Below, one piece after another: positions 57,356 to 64,000 of a stretch of 64,000 nt of DNA. Origin of the DNA: a virus (taxonomy: Duplodnaviria; Caudoviricetes); the IMG/VR virus record IMGVR_UViG_3300040801_001355, positions 11,750-75,749 of that record; one strand, given 5' to 3'. Within the stretch, counting starts at the first letter, position 1; each line of letters opens with the position of its first letter. The notes below the pieces were generated by a model, which was given only the letters and a program-made list of their open reading frames with translations, ran no database searches and was not told the origin of the DNA. A program made the position numbers and the translations under genes.

Positions 57356-57505
57356 CTATAAGATGTTACGAAGACGATACACTATGTATGCGTCTAAAAT
57401 AAATACGCCTATTATATATGTATAGGCAATAACGTGTGACCACTCTATTATAAGAGCAGCCACGATATTCAAGATTAACGTTATAATTAACTTGCGTTGT
57501 GTCAT
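57356..57505 (-). CDS. 49-aa two-TM peptide (not in ORF track)
   Basis: MTQRKLIITLILNIVAALIIEWSHVIAYTYIIGVFILDAYIVYRLRNIL; ATG overlaps the upstream TGA, and its TAG lies in the next RBS leader. Confidence 0.65.
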   Translation of the reverse strand: MTQRKLIITLILNIVAALIIEWSHVIAYTYIIGVFILDAYIVYRLRNIL

Positions 57506-57792
57506 TCTTCTTCTCCTCGTAATAATAAACTTAAATTTAAACTGTCTTCTTCTTCGTATAATTTAACAGTAAATTTAGCGGCGTCGTCAATTAGTTCACA
57601 AGCGTCTTCTATATTAACGGCGATAGTAGACGCAAAATCATCGTCATCTATTAAATAGACTACGCTTGTATTGTTACCAAGTGTCAGTGACGTTATCATT
57701 ATGTTGTCCTCAAATAACGTTAGCTCTGCAACTACTTTTTGAAACTTCATAATTGCAGTGCGTGAACCCGTAAAATGTGAGTATAAATACAT
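57502..57792 (-). CDS. Early protein
   Basis: 96 aa, GAGGAGG RBS. Confidence 0.6.
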   Translation of the reverse strand: MYLYSHFTGSRTAIMKFQKVVAELTLFEDNIMITSLTLGNNTSVVYLIDDDDFASTIAVNIEDACELIDDAAKFTVKLYEEEDSLNLSLLLRGEEE

Positions 57793-57826
57793 ATCGTCCT
57801 CCTCGTATAAGTGAAAAAAAAATATC

Positions 57827-57860
57827 TAACGTGTGATAAGCCTTAACTTATCATACGTCA
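57827..57860 (-). promoter_or_regulatory. UUAAGG-loop stem-loop, copy 4 (long stem)
   Basis: RNA UGACGUAUGAUAAG-UUAAGG-CUUAUCACACGUUA, then GAUA and a U-run. Confidence 0.8.
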
Positions 57861-57970
57861 AACACCCTATCCACTCGGCATAACGAACCAAAATTTCTTT
57901 TATATTACTACGTCAAAACTCTACGTTGTCAATTGCCGTATCGACTCGGCATTATAGTAGATATAACCAC

Positions 57971-58014
57971 AAAAAATCCTACCCAACACGTTTTTACACG
58001 TGCTAAATAGGATT
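57971..58014 (-). terminator. Terminator-like hairpin after the two AT-rich first genes
   Basis: AATCCTA...TAGGATT outer stem with inner CACGT/ACGTG, then a T run on the minus strand. Confidence 0.45.
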
Positions 58015-58019
58015 AAATA

Positions 58020-58346
58020 TCAATCTTTTGTTTGTCTTTTTCCTCGCTTTCTTTGTTTTTGTGCACTTTTAAACAGATTTAATATTGACTTGTCAATCTT
58101 TCCGTTTTTATCGGAGCTTAAATAATTAGACAAATCAACGTTACTATTAAATTTTACGTTGTCATTGTCAGTAATAACCGTGTTAATTTCATCGATAATT
58201 TTATTATCAATTAATCTTACCGTTAATTTGTTACTGTCAATCGTAACGTAAATTTTAATGTTTAAACTCTTTGCAACTTGCATATAAGATAAAAGGGAGC
58301 TTTTCAGCTCCCTTTCTATCTTGTTTTTTAGCAACGTTAATAACAT
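58020..58346 (-). CDS. AT-rich hypothetical early protein
   Basis: 108 aa, TAATG-coupled. Confidence 0.55.
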   Translation of the reverse strand: MLLTLLKNKIERELKSSLLSYMQVAKSLNIKIYVTIDSNKLTVRLIDNKIIDEINTVITDNDNVKFNSNVDLSNYLSSDKNGKIDKSILNLFKSAQKQRKRGKRQTKD

Positions 58347-58978
58347 TATTCTGTTTCACTTGGATAAGTGAGTACACTCTCATCACTATAAGTGATTTCA
58401 AGCCCATTTAAATTAAGCAAGTCTAAAAATTTACTTTTTGTATCACTTGAAAGTTTGTTATCAATAACGTTTGTTGTGCTAATACCTTCAATGTTTTTAC
58501 GTATATATTCGATAGGTGTTTGACTGCTTAATTCAATGTTATTCGGTTCAAAGTATCGTTTAATCCACATATCATTTAAAGTGCCAAACTCAATCAATTG
58601 ATTGTTTTTATCAGTTGCAATAATCGACGTCGGTTTTTTGACGTCAGATTTTGACTTACGAGCATAAAATTTAAACTCATTCGCATCGTTGCGAGCAAAC
58701 GTAAAATCATTAGGTAAAAACTCAAGGGTTTCAGCATCTAAGAGACTAATTAATTTGTCAAGAAACTTTTTGTTAGCACGTTCACGTGCTTTTTTCTTGA
58801 TTTCTTTCTTATTCTCTTTTAACGTGTCATCAATACGTTGTAAGTCATCAATATTGATTTTTCCACTTTTAAGAGCGTCTAACATTGCGTTAATGTCAAA
58901 ACTCTTTTCCTGGTCATTACCGTTATTATTATTAATAACGTTTTCTTTGCTTGTGTGTGTTTTTTGGAAATTTTCCAT
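58346..58978 (-). CDS. AT-rich hypothetical early protein (K/N/D-rich, coiled coil)
   Basis: Likely start is ATG 58978 (MENFQK...), inside the TTG-started 228-aa track ORF. Confidence 0.55.
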   Translation of the reverse strand: MENFQKTHTSKENVINNNNGNDQEKSFDINAMLDALKSGKINIDDLQRIDDTLKENKKEIKKKARERANKKFLDKLISLLDAETLEFLPNDFTFARNDANEFKFYARKSKSDVKKPTSIIATDKNNQLIEFGTLNDMWIKRYFEPNNIELSSQTPIEYIRKNIEGISTTNVIDNKLSSDTKSKFLDLLNLNGLEITYSDESVLTYPSETE

Positions 58979-59039
58979 TTTTAAACTCTTGTAAGAAGTT
59001 GAACAAAATATTATATTTATACCTGGTAACAAGTTAACA

Positions 59040-59057
59040 CAGTCAATAAATTGACTG
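59040..59057. promoter_or_regulatory. Perfect inverted repeat, operator-like
   Basis: CAGTCAAT-AA-ATTGACTG; contains TTGACT on both strands, upstream of the leftward operon. Confidence 0.45.
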
Positions 59058-59430
59058 CATACGCTTTAAACGTGTTGCTGTCAGGTATCAATTAAATTGT
59101 CAAAGAACTATTTTTTAATATACAATTAATATGCCAAAAAAGCATTTTTAACTGTCTTATAAAGAAACTGTTTTAATTTCCTTATAAGGCAATTAAACTG
59201 CCTTATTTTTAAGCATAACATATATTAAAATATACGTCATACCAACTCTTGCACGTTTCAAACCAAATTAATATATATAATTCTCATTTTCCTATCAAAT
59301 ACCATGCCAAATGATTAGAGTGTCAAGTTTATTACACAGTATTACGTAGAATAGATGTAACTTGCTAAGTATCAATGAGTTAGTTCTTGTGTCAGATATA
59401 TTTCACACTGTCAGATTAATTACACACAAT

Positions 59431-59570
59431 CTATATTGCTATGCAGTAATATTGCTCTTCGGTAATATACTATATTGCTATGCAGTAATATTGCTATGCA
59501 GTAATACGGTGGGGGGTCATGCAACATTATCACATCAAGCACCCACAAACTATATTGCTATACAGTAATA
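59431..59570. repeat. Four copies of the imperfect palindrome TATTGCTAT(G/A)CAGTAATA
   Basis: Copies start at 59434, 59473, 59489 and 59553; 26-mer CTATATTGCTATGCAGTAATATTGCT is identical at 59431 and 59470. Confidence 0.85.
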
Positions 59571-59597
59571 TAACGATGTAGTAAAACTACTACAACC

Positions 59598-59617
59598 TTG
59601 TAGTAATATTACTACAA
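59598..59617. repeat. 20-bp perfect palindrome
   Basis: TTGTAGTAAT-ATTACTACAA. Confidence 0.9.
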
Positions 59618-59711
59618 TGACAAGTTTACTTTACATTATGACAAGTTGACATGACATTATGACAAGTTGACATGACAGAGGGACGTGACAAAATGACAGA
59701 GGGGCATGACA
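59618..59711 (+). repeat. TGACA iteron-like cluster
   Basis: Ten TGACA in 94 bp, including a 21-bp tandem duplication ACATTATGACAAGTTGACATG (59633-59674). Confidence 0.85.
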
Positions 59712-60013
59712 AAACGGCAGGAGGAGGATCATTTTCTATTAATGGAAAGGGAGGGGTAGCTCACATTCCTGGGCTGAGGCTGCGGGGGGATACCCCATTC
59801 ACCCAAAATTAGTAAAATTTAGATTTTGGCATGAAAATTGCAGGACTTCAAAAAGAATCATAACAGACCCCCGTCCCCCTTTTATATATAAGGAGAAAAG
59901 CTTGGCAGGGGGTAGTACCCTAAAAAGTTTTTTTTGGGAAAAATTACCAACAAAACTCATCGTCGCCTACAAAATGTGTGGGCGTATTATAAATAAAACC
60001 ACAGGAGTATTAC

Positions 60014-60568
60014 ATGAATTTCTCAATAAAAAATATTGAGGCTATATTAGACGACTTGTTTAATGTGCACGCAGAAGAAGCGAAAGACAACATGGGCGAA
60101 ATCAGAACCAGAGCCATCTTAAAAAGGAGTTACGACAAACTCAGAGAGGTCGGGCACATTGACAGAGTATTGTCGCAATATGAGATAATGCTTGAAGAAT
60201 TATACGATAGTACAGATGATTACTATGAGTTAAGCTTAGATATGGCTACGTTGAGTCTTATTATGACTATTATTGATGCTGAGTTTTTCAGAGGATATAT
60301 CAAAGAGAGGTGGCCCAATCTATACGTAGAAGAAGGTATTGATGTGGCCACGCAAGTAGCTACACAACAAGATTTCTTTAATGAATTAGCAAAATTAAAA
60401 GAGCGAGGCAATAACGACGATAAGTTGCACGCGGCTTTATCAGCTTACGGATTAAGCCAAGCCAATAGCTTAGGGGGGCAGTTGGCGAGCTTAAACAAGA
60501 TATTAGAATACCGCGGTAAAAAAGACGACTCTAATAATCCAGGTTTAATAATACCACAGAGTAATTAA
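60014..60568 (+). CDS. Hypothetical protein, possible terminase small subunit
   Basis: 184 aa helical, AGGAG RBS; QLASLNKILEYRG resembles TerS C-terminal helices; lies next to the repeat region. Confidence 0.35.
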   Translation: MNFSIKNIEAILDDLFNVHAEEAKDNMGEIRTRAILKRSYDKLREVGHIDRVLSQYEIMLEELYDSTDDYYELSLDMATLSLIMTIIDAEFFRGYIKERWPNLYVEEGIDVATQVATQQDFFNELAKLKERGNNDDKLHAALSAYGLSQANSLGGQLASLNKILEYRGKKDDSNNPGLIIPQSN

Positions 60569-60569
60569 A

Positions 60570-60959
60570 ATGGCATTAGCACAGAGCTACGACATAGCGG
60601 ACGAGATAATAACTCTCGTCTGCAATGTCTCAGGACTAAGTAAGAGCGAGTTGTTAGGCAGAGATGGGCATAACGAATATGCGGTGCCACGAGCACTATC
60701 CGTCTATATGACATACACTTACACCTTACTAACTTACGCAGAAATCGGGAGGTTATATGACAACAGAACTCATCCATCATTATTAAGCATGATAGAAACG
60801 GGGCGGGTGTATGTAATGCAACAGCCACATATAACACATATATACAATGGGTTAGTAAAAAAGTTAAAAGACAAATTTGAATTAGGCGACTTCCAAGGTT
60901 ACGTGTTTCCAGAAGAACGACACGCTGCTCGAGAAGCCGAGTTAAGGAGGGGAGAGTGA
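60570..60959 (+). CDS. Stand-alone DnaA domain IV (DnaA C-terminal HTH)-like protein
   Basis: IITLVCNVSGLSKSELLGRDGHNEYAVPRALSVYM..LTYAEIGRLYDNRTHPSLL parallels DnaA ..R.IAMYL...SL.EIG..FGGRDHTTV. Confidence 0.8.
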   Translation: MALAQSYDIADEIITLVCNVSGLSKSELLGRDGHNEYAVPRALSVYMTYTYTLLTYAEIGRLYDNRTHPSLLSMIETGRVYVMQQPHITHIYNGLVKKLKDKFELGDFQGYVFPEERHAAREAELRRGE

Positions 60960-60981
60960 TTGCAAAAAAGGAAATTGAGAA

Positions 60982-61212
60982 ATGAAAGATAAAGATTATA
61001 TACAAAAACACATTATGCAAAGAAAAGAGGAACTGATAGAGCTTGAAGAGTTTTGGCAGACATTCAAAGACCAAAACGAAAAGCTGAAATTTTATTCAGG
61101 AGCAGTTTATAGTATCCAAGCGGAAGTTAGTAGCCAAATGGCTTTTCTTCAAAGGTCGATTAATGACCATGAAAAATTGTTAAAATCAAACAAACAGGAG
61201 ATTGAGAAATGA
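60982..61212 (+). CDS. Small coiled-coil protein
   Basis: 76 aa helical. Confidence 0.5.
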   Translation: MKDKDYIQKHIMQRKEELIELEEFWQTFKDQNEKLKFYSGAVYSIQAEVSSQMAFLQRSINDHEKLLKSNKQEIEK

Positions 61213-61373
61213 AATTACATGAAATTATTGAAGTACATCAAGAACCTTATTTTAGAAAAATGAGAGTAGAGGGTGGATTTATGTATAACTTTTACGATGT
61301 CGAAAGAGATGAATATAGACAAGAATGGACTTTTGTTCCTGATGCAAGCGACGGTTCTAATAAAATGCAGTAG
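61209..61373 (+). CDS. 54-aa hypothetical protein (not in ORF track)
   Basis: MKLHEIIEVHQEPYFRKMRVEGGFMYNFYDVERDEYRQEWTFVPDASDGSNKMQ; AGGAG RBS, ATGA overlap. Confidence 0.6.
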   Translation: MKLHEIIEVHQEPYFRKMRVEGGFMYNFYDVERDEYRQEWTFVPDASDGSNKMQ

Positions 61374-61440
61374 CGCACAAACAAACATTGGATAGAAGCA
61401 GAACGCCAACCTGCGCTATTCATTTTATTTATTGTTGGCA
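61346..61440 (+). mobile_element. attC-like imperfect hairpin (degenerate)
   Basis: ..GCGAC-GGTTCT-AATAAAATG(C)AGTAGCGCA ... TGCGCTATTCATTTTATT-TATT-GTTGGCA; one extrahelical C; 95 bp. Confidence 0.45.
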
Positions 61441-61455
61441 TTTCGTTTTTGAGCG

Positions 61456-61725
61456 ATGGCAGAATTTGGAGCAGCACTTAAAGTAAAAAACCCTGACTTT
61501 TATTGTCAGAATGTATGTGGCGAAGTTGATTTTTCAATTGATGAATGGAATAAAGCATTTCAATATTGTGAAGATGCTGGAATTGAAGGGGAAGAAAGAG
61601 ATAGGATTTTAAGCCCTGAACTATTCCCATGTGAAAAGCAATGTGAAGCCTGCATAAACATAGTATTAGATACCCAATTGAAAAATAAGCGAGCAAGGGA
61701 AGCACGGATGAGCGTAGGCAAATGA
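61456..61725 (+). CDS. Cys-rich hypothetical protein (cassette-like ORF)
   Basis: 89 aa with CxxxC and CxxxCxxC; flanked by GTTGGCATT and AATGCCAAC. Confidence 0.55.
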   Translation: MAEFGAALKVKNPDFYCQNVCGEVDFSIDEWNKAFQYCEDAGIEGEERDRILSPELFPCEKQCEACINIVLDTQLKNKRAREARMSVGK

Positions 61726-61767
61726 ATGCCAACTGGTGGTTAAACGGAACTTTAAATAAAAGATATA

Positions 61768-61986
61768 ATGATGAATGATTTAAATATATTTGATGAAAAC
61801 GGCAAGGCATTACATATAGCTGATGTTATAAGCCGTTTTAGGTTTAAGTTAGAGGTAAACGCTGGTAGATTAGCTGAACCATTAATAAACCAAGGAAAGC
61901 AACCAAAAGAAGATAAGGATTGCCATAAAGCATTTTTAATGTTAGCCCACTTAGCCGAGATTGAAGATTATTTAAATGGCTTATAA
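61768..61986 (+). CDS. Hypothetical protein (cassette-like ORF)
   Basis: 72 aa; its stop TAA lies inside GGCTTATAAC, the reverse complement of GTTATAAGCC at 61825. Confidence 0.55.
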   Translation: MMNDLNIFDENGKALHIADVISRFRFKLEVNAGRLAEPLINQGKQPKEDKDCHKAFLMLAHLAEIEDYLNGL

Positions 61987-62057
61987 CGTAAATATAAACG
62001 TAATACGCTTTAACCGTCGTTACGAGTGGTTAAACGAAACAAAACGGAGATTGAAGA

Positions 62058-62393
62058 ATGATACTCATACACACTGATAGTTTGACAGCACGGTGCAACG
62101 ATGATAATTATCTCGTTCATATTATAGGCAATGGCATTGGGTTAGAAATCCCAACACTTAACGTAGCCTTGCGTATAAATATGAAGAAGGAGAGCTTAAT
62201 GACTGCACGTAAATTAATGAATTACATTTACTTAAATAACAGTGTACACATTTCTCCGACTCTTATTATAGTACACAATAAGTTGGGAGATGACAAATTA
62301 CACAAAGATTGGCACATAGAAATTAAACACCCTATCATATACAACTTAGATGTATGGAGGGAATTTGGTCACATAAATCAAAAGGAGATATAA
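62058..62393 (+). CDS. Hypothetical protein
   Basis: 111 aa, GGAG RBS. Confidence 0.5.
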   Translation: MILIHTDSLTARCNDDNYLVHIIGNGIGLEIPTLNVALRINMKKESLMTARKLMNYIYLNNSVHISPTLIIVHNKLGDDKLHKDWHIEIKHPIIYNLDVWREFGHINQKEI

Positions 62394-62394
62394 A

Positions 62395-62754
62395 ATGGTA
62401 GTATCAGTAGCGGATAATTTAGACGCACCAGGTGTCGTGCAAATAACATTTATGGCACAGGAGAGCCAGCTTGCCAAGGGGGACAACGTTGATTTTGACG
62501 ATGCGCTTGATGTAGCGATGTGGTTATTACGTAGTCAATATAAGCTTTTGCGTGAAGGCCACATACTTCATCAGCAGATAAAGGAAAAAGTCAAGGAAGA
62601 AGTCTTACCACAAAAATCAAAAACAGCCTTTGACGCTATACAAAAAATAAAAAATGATGCTTTGAAAGCCGTCGAGAAAAACGCACCGACATTTAAACAG
62701 ATAGAAAGTAGCGACGAGTTGTTTAAGAAGATGACGGGAGAAGATTTGACATGA
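62395..62754 (+). CDS. Hypothetical protein
   Basis: 119 aa, AAGGAG RBS. Confidence 0.55.
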   Translation: MVVSVADNLDAPGVVQITFMAQESQLAKGDNVDFDDALDVAMWLLRSQYKLLREGHILHQQIKEKVKEEVLPQKSKTAFDAIQKIKNDALKAVEKNAPTFKQIESSDELFKKMTGEDLT

Positions 62755-63719
62755 GAACTTTATCGTTTAAATTAGGCTCGGATGGTTGGGTGGACTTACC
62801 GCCCCTAGATAACACGATTAGCAGGCATTATTCTTTATACGAAATAATAACACAGGCATTCGGTATATCTATACCTCGAAACCCCGACCCATTCTACGCT
62901 CCAAGGCCACCATACTCATACGTTGGGAGTATGCGCAGAATAAGTATCTCGTTAATTGGGAATGATGCAATTCAGTTTAGAGCAAAGACCCAATATGACA
63001 GCGGTAAAAAGTATTACGATTATTTCAAATTGAGCGCTCCAGAGCAAGTTGTGTTATCCTATGTATTACACAAAACTATACATGGCGATAATGTAAATGA
63101 ATATTACAAAGAAATAGCTCATCGTTTTATCAGGGCATTCAGTAAAAAGTACGCTCAAGAATTACGTAAGGTAGCACAAACATGGTTGGTCAAGCAAGAG
63201 TTAAACGAACCAGACAGGTTTGTTGTTTGCAATGAAAGAGAGAGAGTGAGGATTAAAGAGTTATTATTAGGCTTTTTAAACGGGGGGAAAGATGTATTGC
63301 TTCCTGAGCAAACAATCTTAGAGAAATTGGCGGAAACGGGAAACGTCGATGAGCCAGGCGACAACGATAGAATACAATTATTAAAGTACGATGGCTACCA
63401 TGGGTTTAGATTTGTAGGCAGAGATAGCGTGGGAACCGACAGATACAGTGGTTATCCAAGCACCAGCGACCAAGACGGGATACTTGGTGTTGCAGAGCGC
63501 GCAATGCGTATGGCGCGTACACCACCATCATCATCGTTAAACTATAGCGGCAATTATATATGGACGTTTGAAAATGGAGCGGTTATAAATTTAGGGGGCG
63601 TTCAAGAAAGAGTGGTATCAGGCAGGCTATCGGAGTCATGGCGTCCATCGGACGAAGAAATAAGAGAATCTATAGCAAATGATACAGAATTAGAAACAGA
63701 ATTAGAGGAGGAAGAATGA
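62751..63719 (+). CDS. Hypothetical protein
   Basis: 322 aa, ATGA-coupled, acidic C-terminus. Confidence 0.55.
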   Translation: MRTLSFKLGSDGWVDLPPLDNTISRHYSLYEIITQAFGISIPRNPDPFYAPRPPYSYVGSMRRISISLIGNDAIQFRAKTQYDSGKKYYDYFKLSAPEQVVLSYVLHKTIHGDNVNEYYKEIAHRFIRAFSKKYAQELRKVAQTWLVKQELNEPDRFVVCNERERVRIKELLLGFLNGGKDVLLPEQTILEKLAETGNVDEPGDNDRIQLLKYDGYHGFRFVGRDSVGTDRYSGYPSTSDQDGILGVAERAMRMARTPPSSSLNYSGNYIWTFENGAVINLGGVQERVVSGRLSESWRPSDEEIRESIANDTELETELEEEE

Positions 63720-63940
63720 ACAAGGAATTGATTAAAGTTTTATCTAATGCCAAGTTAAGCGACAGAGCCAAGAAGTTTGCAATAGCAATGTATGTTGTTA
63801 TTGAAAGCCAAGAATCATTAGATAGCACAACAGAGCAAGAAGTCTATAGTAAGGTGTGGCAGGAAAGTATAACAGACGCCGAAGTGCGTATAGCCATAGC
63901 AGAGTTAAAAAACACAGAGTTGTTTAATGCCATCGTATAG
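63716..63940 (+). CDS. Small winged-helix-like protein (resembles replication-initiator N-termini)
   Basis: LSDRAKKFAIAMY ... ITDAEVRIAIAEL; GAGGAGG RBS. Confidence 0.4.
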   Translation: MNKELIKVLSNAKLSDRAKKFAIAMYVVIESQESLDSTTEQEVYSKVWQESITDAEVRIAIAELKNTELFNAIV

Positions 63941-64000
63941 AGCAAACAGTGTAATTAATACACACCAGAAAAAAACAAAAAAAAAAAAAAAAAAAAAGAA

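Noticed and set aside
57372-57427. Two hairpins in an apparent intergenic gap
   Set aside because: The gap is filled by the coupled 49-aa membrane ORF 57356-57505, and the hairpins lack the conserved loop.
54774-57860. UUAAGG hairpins as integron attC sites
   Set aside because: GCCTTAAC/GTTAAGGC resembles core sites, but the elements are only 24-34 bp with the motif in the loop, not 57-141-bp sites with terminal R boxes.
59033-60013. tRNA/ncRNA genes or canonical DnaA boxes
   Set aside because: No cloverleaf with T-loop GTTCRA found by eye. Only an 8-nt near-match (TTATCACA), not TTATCCACA.
1-64000. Stop-codon reassignment as in some crAss-like phages
   Set aside because: Large proteins are intact under code 11, coding density is high, and TAA, TAG and TGA all act as coupled stops. 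No suppressor tRNA seen.

Overview
About 64 kb of a tailed dsDNA phage genome, most likely a podovirus. It uses the standard genetic code. I found no tRNA, CRISPR array, integrase, reverse transcriptase, DNA polymerase or large terminase in the window. Plus strand 1-42.3 kb is the virion and lysis module: C-terminal part of a P22/crAss-type portal, scaffold, major capsid, five tandem ring/adaptor paralogues, a lytic transglycosylase, a 1.7-kaa muzzle-like tail protein, fibre genes, a 2251-aa Gly-Tyr-Ser collagen-like fibre followed by a methyltransferase/glycosyltransferase operon, a lysis cassette and ejection-type proteins. Minus strand 42.3-59 kb holds a C5 DNA methyltransferase, SSB/YqaJ/ERF recombination genes, an M28/M20-like peptidase with three paralogous 'SC(M/L)' proteins, and an early region of small genes separated by a family of stem-loops with an invariant UUAAGG loop. 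A repeat-rich 1-kb divergent intergenic region (59.0-60.0 kb, likely terminus or origin) is followed by plus-strand genes that include a stand-alone DnaA domain IV and two integron-cassette-like units. Promoters match the Bacteroidota (C/T)TTG-N20-TAnnTTTG consensus, yet most genes with a clear leader carry strong AGGAG(G) Shine-Dalgarno sites, which points to an FCB-group host outside the typical Bacteroidia/Flavobacteriia. All family calls come from motif recognition by eye; no database search was run.
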